Assembly (NCBI RefSeq): GCF_018350175.1
Contig: NC_058370.1
Location: 15,128,001 to 15,192,000, forward strand
Direction of reading: 5' to 3'
Source: Felis catus
Taxonomy: Eukaryota
DNA length: 64,000 bases
Under the pieces are notes generated by a model, which did not search any database, was not told the DNA's origin, and saw only the letters and a program-made list of their open reading frames with translations. The translations under genes were made by a program, and so were the position numbers. Shown piece by piece: positions 12,660 through 25,100 of this stretch; position 1 is the first letter of the stretch; the number at the start of each line of letters is the position of its first letter.

Positions 12660-13072
12660 TTGAGAAAGATGACAGGGAAGTAGGCAGGTGTCGAGAAAGA
12701 AGACAGAATTACTGGCCAGAAAAAAACCCAGCATGTACAAAGAACTGAAGGCTAGAAAAGGTGGTGTTTGGAGCCGCATTTTAGTCTGACCAGAGCAGCA
12801 GGCAACATGTGGAGGAAAGGGGATTGGGATTGGAAGGGTCAAGGGGAATAGATAAGTTCGGACCTTCTGTATTTCCCTGAATAAATGAAAGAACAAATCA
12901 GGGAACAAATGATTGCCGAGGGTTCCACACTCTGTTCCAAAGGAATCCTGCAGTTCCAAGGGCTCACATCCAAATTGGAATCCCCTGGTGTCGCTGCCCC
13001 TTGGCCCTCTGCCTGGACAGGGGAGGCCTTCTGTAGCCTGGCCTAGCTCCACTGAGCTTTTCTTGGGAATGT

Positions 13073-13082
13073 CTATAAATAG
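13073..13082. promoter_or_regulatory. MEF2 consensus site about 1.6 kb upstream of the TNNC2 ATG
   Basis: CTATAAATAG matches CTA(A/T)4TAG. Confidence 0.5.
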
Positions 13083-13475
13083 AGGAAGATGGGCTGGGCT
13101 GCCACTGTCCGTCTGCCTTCCTTGGAATCCAGCCTCCTTTCACTGGCCCCAGGCTCTGTGCTTAGTTGTCTTAGTGCTCTTTCTGTTGACTTAGCCACTG
13201 TCCACAGCATCACCCACCCCTCCAACATCCACCCTAGGTTCTGTGGATTCTCGGGGTGGACCCCCTCTGGACTGGACTCGCTCTGCACATCCCTTCGCTC
13301 TCCGGACGGCCAGCTGAGCTGCTCCAGACTTCCTCACCGAGCTCTAGGAACGGGCCAGCTGCCCCTTTACCCACGTAGAGAACCTGCCCCTAGTCCTCTA
13401 GTCTCCCTCTCCCTCAAAAAAGTGAATCCCAAACATCTTTTCCCTGGAGAAGGTGTATTTGAGAGATGGATCTGC

Positions 13476-13714
13476 TTTATTTCTTTTCTTTTTTCTTTTT
13501 TTAAAATGTTTAGGTTTATTTATTTTGAGAGAGAGAAACAGAGCACGTGAGTGAGGGAGGGGCAGAGAGAGAGGCAGAGAGAGAGAATCTCAAGCAGGCT
13601 CCTTGCTGTCAGCACAGAGCCCGATGTGGGGCTCGAACTCACAAACTCTGAGATCATGACCTGAGCTGAAGTCAAGAGCCCCATACTTAACCAACTGAGT
13701 CATCCAGGAGCCCC
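13476..13714 (-). mobile_element. CAN-SINE
   Basis: Resembles the CAN-SINE consensus. Confidence 0.9.
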
Positions 13715-14677
13715 TTGGGAACTGCTTTCAAAGTTTATTTCTCCTCCAACTGCATACCCATTTCCCGGACCCCTCCATAGATTTCTTATTTGGATAGGAC
13801 TTCCCTTGAGGATTAATAAGAATCACCCAACATGACTATAGACCTTTACGATTTACAAAGGTCCCCTGGGAAAAGGGAATAATAATAGCTTCTACCTCAG
13901 AGGATGAGCACCAGATGAGATCACGTGGTTAAAATGCTTAGCACAGAGTGTGGCACGTCGTAGAGGTTCACAAACCGTGGCTGTCACTTCCTCCTCGCCC
14001 CCTCCCCTGCCTTCTACCATGGTTCAAAGACAGGACATTCCACTTGCCAAGCATCAACCCTCTGGAGCTGGCACAAGCTAGGTGACTTGTACCTGGGCCC
14101 CCGTTTACCGTGGTCTCTCTGTGAGGGAGGTTATGACCGTCCCCATCTCCGTCTCGCAGAGAAGGAAACCGAAGCTCAGAGTGGCATCGTCACCTGCCTA
14201 AGAGTGCATAGCTTGCAGAGACAGGATTTGGATCTTGGGTTTTAGACTTCAAGTTTTGTTCTCTTCCCAGTCTACCTTGCTGCCTCACTTGTCTGTCTTC
14301 TGATTGTCCTTACCCATCTTGGAGCAAACATGATTCTTGAGCAGGGGCTTGCTAAGGCGGTGAGCGGGGCGGGTTCTCCTCCCAAGAATCTAGGACATCA
14401 AGGCCTGCCACCTGCTCAGAGGCTTAAATTTCTCTGCAAGGGCCCTTGGCTAAATTAGGTAATGGGCTAGGACTCTGGGATGGGGCGGGGGTTGGGGGGG
14501 AGGCACTCACTGACCCCAGGATCTGATTGGCTGGGGCAGCCAGTCCTGGGGAGCAGGGAGGTGGGAGGGGAGCGAGCCCCTACAAATCCTAGGGGCTGGA
14601 GCAGGCCAGGGCAACTTTGGGTGGTGGAGTGTCTGAGGCGGTGACCTACAGCAGAGGAGGCCCTGTGACTAGCAACC

Positions 14678-17154
14678 ATGGTAAGGACAAGAAAGGACTT
14701 CAGCCCTTTGCTTGCTGGAGCACCTCTGGACCTCTTCCAGGCCAGATCTGGGTGCTCTGTAGTCCAGTAATTGGATGTTTGAAGATGGACCGTGAAGATT
14801 CCTGGAGCCTGGGTGTCTAGAAGGAAGCCCGGGGAAGAAGCCCTTGGACTTCTCTAGAAAGGGGAGGGCTGGGATGTTCCGGGTATTGCCAACTTCCTGC
14901 AGACCTGAGGCTTTGGCAGTGTTGGTCATGGAAGTGTGAGGGGGTCCTAGCTTGTCTCTCTCATGGTAGAGGTGGGGACTCCGAGGGCCAGAGTGAGTCA
15001 CCCAGTGAGCCAGTGGCAGGGGTGGGCTAGAAGCCTTGCCAAACCTTCCTACTGCCAGTGAGAGAAGACTCTTCTGGAAGAGGGGAGGTTTGCAGGGTCT
15101 TAAGTCTAAGAGCTTCAAGGGTGAGGAGAAGGGGCAGAAGAGGACAGACCCCAGCCTCTCAGAGAGGGGTTCTAATCTGGGGCTGTTATGTCTGCTGAGG
15201 TCCCCCACCCCACTTCACTTCAAGGGGTAACTAGACCCTGGAGGACAGCTGCTGTGGCCCACGCCAGACTAAAAATAGCCGACTCTCCTGCGTGGACAAG
15301 GAGGAGGGAGGAGGGGAGGGGGGGCAAGGAGGAAGGCATCAGCCAGCCCGCCAAAGAACACCTTGGCCACCTCAGCCCCTCCTCCTCACCAGCCTCAGTC
15401 CAAAGCCCCATAGCCAGTTGGCTTGGCTTGCATGTGGCCAGATCCCCTCTCTCGAAATCTTACTTTCACCTCCACAAGGCCCCCATTATATTCGGCCCAG
15501 CATGAGTGGTATTTACTCTGATGACTGAATGATAAGAAGGAAGCTTAAAATCTCCATCTCCGCAAGTTCTTGGAGGGGAGGGATGCTGTGTCTGAATCTT
15601 CTTGGTTTCAGTGCCTAGTCTTTGGCCCGATGGGCACTTAGTAGGTGCTCAGCGACTTTGCGTTGCATTATTGTTTATTTGAGAACATAAGTTTATTGAG
15701 CACCTATTACAGTGCCAGGCTCTGTCAGGAGCTAGGGAAAAGTGGGAAATCATGCTGGAATAGTGCTGGCACTTTACAAAACCCTTTCACGCCCCCAATG
15801 CTATCTCATCTCTGAGAAGCTGCTGAGAAGAGAAAGTTACAATAAGTGACTTGCCCAAGGTTAGTGGGTTAGGGATTCCTGACTTGGCATCCGACTGGCA
15901 AGTTTGAAGACCTTGGGCGTAATCCGTTTTCTCCCTAGTCCTTCATAACTGGGGCCAGGTGCTGTGAGAACATGGAGAAGGTGTTGCTAGTTTGGCATTG
16001 TTCTTCTGGAAGACCAAAGGGCACTGACAGAAGGGGGTTGAAGAGAATGGGGTTGAGACAGGAATGAGCTCGGGGGTCTGCCCCTTCTTCTCTCTGACTC
16101 TGTGTCTTCTGCAGACGGACCAGCAGGCAGAGGCCCGGTCCTACCTCAGCGAGGAGATGATCGCTGGTGAGTGCAGGTGGGCGGGCGGGCTGCCGGGGGG
16201 ATGTGTGCTGGGCAACGGTGTTTGAACAGGGTGGGAGACAAGGTGTGAGGCTGACAGTCCAGGCAGCCCCACTTCGGTCTTCTGCCTCCTTCCTCCGGCA
16301 GAGTTCAAGGCCGCCTTCGACATGTTTGACGCTGACGGTGGCGGGGACATCAGCGTCAAGGAGTTGGGCACGGTGATGAGGATGCTGGGCCAGACACCCA
16401 CCAAAGAGGAGCTGGATGCCATCATCGAGGAGGTGGACGAGGACGGTGAGCTGGTGGCCCTCCAAGGCAGGGCTGGGACGGTGGCGGGAGAGGTGGGCAT
16501 CCAGGGCTCAGGCTCACTCACCACCTGCTCCCCACAGGCAGCGGCACCATCGACTTCGAGGAGTTCTTGGTCATGATGGTGCGCCAGATGAAAGAGGATG
16601 CGAAGGGGAAGAGCGAGGAGGAGCTGGCCGAGTGTTTCCGCATCTTCGACAGGTGCACTGGGGGCCTGGGAGCCGAGAAGGCGCTGGGCTGGGCGAGTCT
16701 GGCCGGCAGGGCACTTACATTCTCGGAGTGGGGTGGCGGTGAGGGAGGGGAGGCGTCGACATGGCCAGGGCAGCTCGCCCCTGCCTGCCCTGAGCCCTAC
16801 GCTGTCCCTTCGCTCCAAAGGAACGCAGACGGCTACATCGATGCGGAAGAGCTGGCTGAGATTTTCAGGGCCTCCGGGGAGCACGTGACGGACGAGGAGA
16901 TCGAATCCCTGATGAAAGACGGTGACAAGAACAACGACGGCCGCATTGACTTCGACGGTGAGGGCCGCGAGAGCTTGGTGGCGGTGGGCCGGGGGCCGGG
17001 GGGCGCGCCACGCGGGAACGTCCGGGGCGTGGCACCCACATGAACGTCCTTGGCTTCGTGGGCAGGGTGGGGAGCTCTCGGCGGTTTTGTGCAAGATTTC
17101 CTCCCCCTCTCCTTCCCCGCAGAGTTCCTGAAGATGATGGAAGGCGTGCAGTAA
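14678..17154 (+). CDS. TNNC2: Troponin C, fast skeletal muscle (160 aa, four EF-hands)
   Basis: Exons 14678-14680 (ATG|gtaagg), 16115-16166, 16302-16445, 16538-16652, 16821-16957 and 17123-17154 sum to 483 nt. Translation [41 protein letters not shown]...FLKMMEGVQ*. Confidence 0.98.
15200..15280. promoter_or_regulatory. Muscle enhancer-like motif cluster in TNNC2 intron 1
   Basis: CACC box (CCCCCACCCC, ~15202), E-box CAGCTG 15246-15251 and MEF2 site CTAAAAATAG 15269-15278. Confidence 0.6.
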
Positions 17155-17276
17155 GAAGTCGGCTTCTCCTCTGCCCCGACCGCGCGTCCCTCGGGCCAGG
17201 GCGGTGCCACCCCGCCCCGTCCCACTCTCCGCCCCGGGAGGGAGGCGCGGCCCCTGCTGGCTCTGTGTCCAGAAAG

Positions 17277-17282
17277 AATAAA
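17277..17282 (+). terminator. TNNC2 polyadenylation signal AATAAA
   Basis: AATAAA about 120 nt after the stop codon. Confidence 0.8.
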
Positions 17283-18408
17283 AACAGACGCTGAGAAGCA
17301 CGTAGCCTGAGTGAGGGGAGGAGCAGGGGAGTGGGTGTCATGGCCCGCCGGGCTGGGCCGTGGTCCAGGGCGCCACCCGAGCGCACTTGGGATCCGAGGA
17401 GGCTGACGCGCCGACGCGCTGATCAGGTTCCCGGCCGGCTCCCGGTAGCTGGCGCTGGGCGTGGGCAGCTCGGCCGACGGGCTGCGGTGGCGCCTGGCGC
17501 TGGAGGAGGGTGGCCGGGGCCTTGGGGCTGTCGGGGTGAGTGAGGGTGCCTGGGATGGGGGTAGGGTGAGGGCGCCGCAGGCGACCGAGGCCCCTTTCCT
17601 TCCCTACCGTCCCTCCTTTCTGGAGCCTTTTTGGGTCTTCGGTGCAGACTGCCGGGCTGGGGAGGGAAAGGGGAGTATCCGTCCGTTCCAGGCAGCATTC
17701 GTTCCTGCTTGACTTTTTCTACTTCGTCTGTTCTGACGTCTTCGTCTCCACCCTGGACCCCTGCCTCCAGCCCCGGCCAACGCGCTCAACACACGGCCGT
17801 CAGCACGATGGAGCCAAAAGAAATCTGACCTTGCTCCTCCCCCGTTGAAAGACCTTCAAGGCTCCCCATTGCTTCTAGAATCCAATCCAAATTCCTTTCC
17901 CCTCCTTCCCTCCCCTCTGGGCTCCAGTCACGCTGGGCGATTTGTCACTCCTGCCCTGGACAGTGGGGGTGCACTTTCAAGCCTTCTGGCTTTTGCTCCT
18001 GCCTTCTCCCTCCTTGGAATGCCCTTCCTCCTCTAAAAAGCCTGGCAAGTTTCTCAGCCCAGCTCAGATACCACGTCAAAGATACCAGGACCCAGCTCAG
18101 ACACCACCTTCTCCCTTGATCCCTTCTCCCACTGGCTGTGCTCTGGCTTCTGTAACTCTTTGTGCACGACTCGATCACAGCAGGCAGCAGGTCAAAGCGA
18201 ATGCCGTGCAGTGGTGCCTTAGCTTTAGAGGCAGGGTGCCCCGGAATGAGTTCGAACCCTCACCGCCATGACAAACCACTCTGTAATTCAGTTTCCTACC
18301 CTGTAAAATGGGGATAATGAGAATTCTCACAACTTTGCAGGGTTGTGAGAACAAGTTCGTTTGTTAGTGCAGAGCGCTTAGAACAGAGTGTGACGCGTAC
18401 TAATGCTA

Positions 18409-18546
18409 TTATTATTTTTAAATGTTTATTTTAACAAATAAGTACATTCGAGAGCCCAACGTGGGGCTCGAACTCTCTCGAACGGTGGGATCCTGACCTG
18501 AGCCGGAGTCAGACGCTTAACCCGACCGAGCCACCCAGGAGCCCCA
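18409..18546 (-). mobile_element. CAN-SINE, internally deleted
   Basis: Head and tail present, middle missing; flanks ACTAATGC. Confidence 0.8.
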
Positions 18547-19189
18547 CTAATGCCGTTATTAATATCACTACTACCACGTTGAAACCCTGACTTGTGCGGT
18601 TATTCATCGCTACAGTCCTCCCTTTCCAGTTCCTTCGTGTTCTTGGCTCCCCTTTCTGAGGCATTTATGTTTCCCAGTTTCTATTTCCAGCCGGGGTCAG
18701 CACTCGTCACCAGGACCGCTTGCTGTGTGCTGTGCCTTGCGGGCCTGTCTGATCGATGCACACAACCCTAGAGGCAGGCAGAGGCTGTTCTCCCCGTTTC
18801 ACAGCGGAGGAAGGCGGGGACGTACCCGGGCACACACATGTGGAAACAGGAGCAAGGCTCTGAACTGTGGCACCACCTACCTGCGGACTGTTCTCCCTAG
18901 CTGCCCTTAGAACTTCACACCCGTCCTGCTCTAATCGCATAAATTCCCCATCTCAGAGATGGCACCCTGGAGTTCTGGAGCCGCCTTCCCACCCGCAGTT
19001 TGCTCTGGCCTGCTGCTTTCCTTCTGTCTCCTTACTCTTTTATCCGTCCTCTCCGAGCCCGCTCAGTGTTGTGACTCAGAACAGTAGTTAACCTCCTGGC
19101 CGTTCCCTCCCCTCAAGGCTGCCGGAAGCAGCTTCCGGACACCAAATCCTACTCAAGGCTTTATTAGGTGCCTCAAGGTAAAGCCCCTG

Positions 19190-19415
19190 TATTGTATTAT
19201 TTTTACTTTTTTAAAGTTTATTTATTTTGAGAGAGAGAGAGAGAGAGAGTGAGAGAGAGGACTGAGAGCAGGAGGGGCAGAGAGAGAGAATCCAAGCAGG
19301 CTCCATGCTATCAGCAGAGTCTGGCGTGGGGCTCGAACTCATGAACCATAAGATAATGACCTGAGCTTGAAACCAAGAGTCAGTCGCTTAACTGACTGAG
19401 CCGCCCGGGTGCCCC
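19190..19415 (-). mobile_element. CAN-SINE
   Basis: Resembles the consensus, with a (GA)n linker. Confidence 0.88.
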
Positions 19416-19984
19416 AGAACCTTCTCGGTAAAGGCCTTTAATTTAAAGGCCTTACAAGCCCTTTGCGACCTGACGTCCATGCCACTATGCCACTATTCCA
19501 TACTGCCGAACTTCTTGCTATCTAAGCAGTGTGCTCCCTTCCTTATCCCTCTCTCATGGCCCAGTCCATTCTCCAGAAAGCCCTCCTTGACTCTCCTGGT
19601 CTTTGTTAGGTGCCCCACCTCTGAGCTTTCATAGTACCCAACATCTAAGGAGGGCTTACCACATGCCAGGCACTACTCTAAGGTCTGTCTATCCTATGAG
19701 GTAGCTACTAATATTTCCATTTTACAGAGTGGTTTAGTCTAAACGTATGCAAGTAACAGGGAGGGGTGTGGGGATTCTAACAATTGTTCTGCCTGTGAGG
19801 TCTGAGCTCTTAACCACCACTCTTATGGCATTTATTCTACCCCCACTGACCTGCCTGTCTGCCCCCTGAACTTCAGCTTCTGAGGACAGGACTGTGTTTT
19901 CCCCCCTGCTTGATCCCCAGCCCCAAGCATAGGGCTCGTACTGCAGGCACTCAGTAACGGTATGGGGCGAATGGGAACAATACC

Positions 19985-20330
19985 TTCTCCGTCTTGTTGC
20001 AAGTGCCAGGAACCTAAATCAAATGGACTTAAACTAAAAAGGGATTTGCTGGCTCACGAAACTGGGATGCTAAGGCGTCAGCTGGAGGCCAGTCTCAATG
20101 TCACCTCCATCTCCCAGCTACTGGTCTCTGCTTGGCTTTCTCCCATCTGCAATTGTCTGCACCAGCTGCCCAGACTCCCTCCTCTTTTAAGCAACCCTGT
20201 TAGTAAAATCATTTTACTTTCTCCCAGGGATTAATTCTAAGGAACACTCTGATTGGTTCTGAGCTATAGTCCACCCCTGTGACTGACACAAGGCAGGCCA
20301 CGTGGCCATCTGGGTGGCCCAACAGTTGGA
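19985..20330. mobile_element. Old MaLR LTR remnant (MLT1J/K-like)
   Basis: GTTGCAAGTG...AAAGGGATTTGCTGGCTCA...CTCTGATTGG motifs. Confidence 0.5.
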
Positions 20331-21377
20331 TCAAGGACCACGTGGAGAAGCTTCCTAATGCAGACAAAAAAATATACCCGCCTTGGCCAGCCTTTAGTAA
20401 GAACCATCTTAGTGCCACTTTCTGAGCTGTCTTCTTAGACATCCTCTAGTCACGTATTTTCAAAGTTGAGAGAGCCTCAGAATCCCGGAGAGCTTGTTGG
20501 GGCCAAGAATTTGCATTTCTAACAAGTTCCAGGTGGAAGGGCCACGCCTTGAGAACACCGCTCATCTTCAACTTCGGGAGGAATGCAGATCCTCAGGCCC
20601 CACACAGACCCACTGAATCAGCATTTGCATTGGAGGTAGAGCCCAGGCAGACTTCTCTGCACATCCCATTGGGCAGCACTGCCGGGAGAGCTAGCCACAC
20701 AGGGTCATCCAAATCCCATCCCAGATCCACAGGCCACTTGTCACCTGCCTGCTCCATGGGGGCACAGAGCAGGGAAGGAGCCTGGGCTGGCAGGAATTAA
20801 GAGAAAAGTGAGAACCTTCCTGATGCCTCCCCCTCCCCCTCCCCACCCCCCCAGGCCTGCACAGTCAGCTGCTGGCAGAGCTGGGTGAGGCCAAGACCCA
20901 GGCGGTGTTGGAGGGCATCTTGCTGCTGTGTTGGTCCACGTTGGAGATTTTCCTGCAGGACCTGGGCTGGGGCCATCACCTTACTCCACCCTTCCCCCTG
21001 CCCAGACCCCAACTGGTCAGCACAGGAGTTTCCTCTCAGGGCCCCAAAGGCTGGGGCCTGTGACAGGCCAGTGGAGAGGGCCTAGGGGCTGGGGGCCTGG
21101 GCTAGTGGGTGCAGGAGCGGGAGGAATCGCTGGTGAGGAGTGGGTGAATGTGAGTGGGGGCATGGGGGGCCTGGGGTAAGGGGGGAGTCGGGAGCTGTCC
21201 TGAGGTCTCTGCCCGGGAAGAGGCATTCCCGGGCTGTCTCCCAGACCCCAGGCCTGCTTAGGGTGAGCTGAGTGCTTTCCTTTTCCTTTTTCAGGACCAG
21301 AACATCCCGCCATAAAGTAGGTGGCTGGTCCTCACCTCCCAACCCCCTCCTGTGCGCACATGTGTGCACGTACACGC

Positions 21378-21600
21378 TTTCTTTTTTAATTTTTTTTTTT
21401 TTAACATTTATTTTTGAGACAGAGAGAGACAGAGCATGAACGGGGGAGGGTCAGAGAGAGGGAGCCACAGAATCTGAAACAGGCTCTAGGCTTTGAGCTG
21501 TCGGCACAGAGCCCGACGCGGGGCTCAAACTCACGGACCACGAGATCATGACCTGAGCCGAAGTCAGACGCTTAACCGACTGAGCCACCCAGGTGCCCCC
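21378..21600 (-). mobile_element. CAN-SINE (young felid type)
   Basis: Resembles the consensus; TSD CGTACACGCTTTCT. Confidence 0.92.
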
Positions 21601-21934
21601 GTACACGCTTTCTGATCCAGCCTCATCTGTAACTCAGCTGGGCAGCTCCAGTATCCACTGACGTCCCTGGTTCATGTCACAACTCTACAGAGGCATTTTG
21701 TGAGACCCATCTTATAGGTGAGGAATCAGATGCAGTCATGAAATGACTAAGCTCATAGAGGAACGAGTCCTCGTCACCCCTGCGCAGCCACACAGCCTCT
21801 CAGCTGCTTCTAGTCCCTGGAGAGGAGCAGGGCAAGGGTCTGGACCCTACTCCACCCATGCTGAACACTCCCAACCCTGAGGAAATTACAAGGCAACTTG
21901 TACAAAAAAACCCCCAAAAAACCCAACCAATGTA

Positions 21935-21940
21935 TTTATT
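21935..21940 (-). terminator. UBE2C polyadenylation signal
   Basis: TTTATT on + (AATAAA on -) about 170 nt after the stop, followed on the minus strand by a GU/U-rich tract. Confidence 0.75.
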
Positions 21941-22106
21941 TAATATATTCATCACAAGGGCTCAACCAGACACTTAATTTAAAAAACAGAAACAAAACAA
22001 AAATAACACCACAGTTTAAGATACAGAGTCCTAGGCAGAAATGAAGGAAAGGACAGACCATCTAAGGAGAAAATAAAAAGACAACACAAGGAAAGAGGCT
22101 AGACAG

Positions 22107-25100
22107 TCAGGGTTCCTGGCTGGAGACCTGCTTTGAGTAGGTTTCTTGCAGATACTTCTTGAATGCTGGAAGAGAACAGGCAGGTATCAGGGAGTGGTGG
22201 GGACGGGGATTAAGATGCACATGAGGGCAAGCAAGGATACAAAATCTGGGGAGCTGGAGAGGATTTCTTAGTACAACAGGGTCCCTTTTGCTGCCCACCC
22301 AGTCAGGTCTTGGGGAGGGGTTCTGCTTCCAGTGAGGCTGGGGCGGTGACTGGGGGGCCCCAGTGAGCAAATCATTTGCACAAAGCTTTGCCTTCTACTT
22401 AAAAAGCCCCTCAACCTACATTAACGTGGAAAGAGTTTCCTGATTTTTACAGCACACAGGCAAATCAGAAAACACCAAGGCAGAGGCAGAAGTGGATTCC
22501 CTAGGTTGACATCCACTCCCAACCCAGTCCTCAGGACACAATCCCAAGTCACCAAGATCCTTCTGTGTGAAGGAGCCTTTGAAGGCTGGGGAGGGATCAC
22601 CCGGTGCCGGGAAAGGACGGAGGACCCACCTGTGGGGTTTTTCCAGAGCTCAGCAGCATGTGTGTTCAAAGGGCTATCGATGTTAGGTTCTGTGGACGGA
22701 CAGAAAGAGAATGATCAGTAGGGGGAGAAGAGGCTGGCCTGGGGGAATCCCGGGAGGCCTGACAGGTTCCCGGGTTCAGGGGACGGGCTGGTCTCAGAAG
22801 TCACCTCCTAGCAGGCTCTGGATGGACAGCAGGATGGTCCNNNNNNNNNNNNNNNNNNNNNNNNNNNNNNNNNNNNNNNNNNNNNNNNNNNNNNNNNNNN
22901 NNNNNNNNNNNNNNNNNNNNNNNNNNNNNNNNNNNNNNNNNNNNNNNNNNNNNNNNNNNNNNNNNNNNNNNNNNNNNNNNNNNNNNNNNNNNNNNNGGTC
23001 CTCGTATACCTGGCATCGGAGAAAGAGGTGGGGAGTATACCTCCCACCCTGAGCCTCACAGCCCGACCCAAGCCCCAGAAAGGGGCTTGCTAGGACCTTT
23101 GAGTTTATCTGGGACTTGACAAAAGACAAAGTGTTGCAATGGCTCTGGTTCTTTCTTGCATATCTGGCAGGGACATCAGTGATCCTTGTCCTACAGATAA
23201 GGGGCGTAAACTGGCATCCTGAGGGTTACCACAGCTGTGCTTTAGTCAGTTATAACATTAGATACTAACATGTAAAAGCCAGGATGTTTTAGACATATAT
23301 CCAGATTTTTTTATTTTTTAAAAGATTTTATTTTTACGTAATCGCTATACCCAACGTGGGTATAGACACAACCCCAAGATCGAGAGTCACACGTTACACT
23401 GACTGAGCCAGCCAGGCACTCGTGGATTTCTGACTAATCGTAAACCAGATGTGGAGCAGGGCGCCTGGGTGGCTCAGTCGGTTAAGCGTCTGACTTTGGC
23501 TCAGGTCATGAACTTGCGGTTTGTGAGTTTGAGCCCTGCACTGGGCTCTGTGCTGACAGCTCAGGGCCTGGAGCCTGCTTCGGATTCGGTGTCTCCCTCT
23601 CTCTCTGCCCCTAACCCATTCGCATTCTGTCTCGGTCTCTCTTAAAAGTAAATAAACATTAAAAAAAATTAAAAATAAAATACCCCAAAACCCACCAACC
23701 AAAACCCAGACGTGCAGCAATGGCAAGCTGCCATCTTGGGACTTACTTGAGCCCTTTCATCGGCCAAAGTCCCATGTACCCTCCATTCTCCTTTTCGTCT
23801 GCCCCCCTATAGGCACTTAAGATGGGAAGCCCTGCTTTAAACCCAACCTCTTACTGTACAGAGGGAGAGACGAGGCCATAGGCTCAGAGCACAAGAACAC
23901 AACAGGGGAACGTCCTGCCAGGCTGAAGACTTGAAGCTGACCTGCACTTGGACTTCTCCTCCTACCTCTCCCCAGACCCAGCCAAGTCACACTCACCGAC
24001 CTCAACCCTACACTTACTGTGCCAGCTGCTCCATGGATGGTCCCCACCCATTTGAAAAGGTTGTCGGATTCAGGGAAGGCAGAAATTCCTTTGTCACCAG
24101 ACATCTGGGGGAAGAAACAACACCTGCTGGGCTGCAGACTACACTTTTAGGGGCCAGTGGGTGAACTCCTTCCTCTGAAGCGCATCACATTTTGATCCAA
24201 AATAAAGCAACCAGACCAAATTGACAGGCTTTTCTGGGGAAGTGATTCAGTTCTTGGGGGCTGAACCTTCCCCTTTGGGGAGGGGTACTGGGTATGTTAA
24301 GGAGAGAGGGGTTATGCAGAGAAGCAGAAGGGAGCTCTGTACCTCCAATCTTGTTGGATGCTGGGAATTCAACTGAGCATGCCAGTGAGTGCTGGTTACA
24401 CACAAAGCCTCCAGATCATTCACAGACTAGGTAGATCTACATAGGGGCACTGAAGGATTTGAGTTGATATTCAGGGTTAATGCAGACAAGGTCATCTGGG
24501 AAGAAGCATTTCAAAGTATGACAGGATTAAGAATATTAAGGGCGGAGAGCAGGGTATGGGTAAATCTCCAGGCAAGGAAGTAGGACCAGGCAGGATAGAG
24601 GGAAAGCCTTGTATGGTTTCAGGGAACTGTATTTTAGAGAGAACTTCATGGTGGGGGTGGGGGTGGGATGGGGAGTAGACACTGCTGGAAGGAAAGGTGT
24701 AGGTGGGGTATATTAACTTCTTCCCAGAAGGGCGCAAACTGGACTCGTGTTTTAATCCCCTGCACTATGTCTAGCAAAGAACCTGATGTACGAAAGTCGC
24801 TGATTAGCGGAGGTGAGTGGGAGGTGGAGGGTGGAAGAACTGGTTGGGGGGTCTGGGCACGTAGTCACTCACCATAAGGGTCATCAGCTCCTGCTGTAGC
24901 CTGCAAAATGAGTGCTGGGAGTCATCTGGGAGTCTGGAGGAGCCAGGGCTCCAGGCGGTGCTTCTCCCCCCACCCCAATCTCTCTGGAGGAGCTGTCATG
25001 GAGGCTTCCCCTACCCCGAGGTCAGACTTCAGCGGGGGCACACTCATTTCCACTTCCATAGGAGGGTCCCAGGGAGTCCTCACCCTTCCTAATTCCAGGC

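Noticed and set aside
14450-14458. CTAAATTAG in the TNNC2 proximal promoter as a MEF2 site
   Set aside because: One base short of the CTA(A/T)4TAG consensus
16141-17301. 386-aa minus-strand ORF
   Set aside because: Antisense shadow of the GC-rich TNNC2 exons and introns; no recognisable domain
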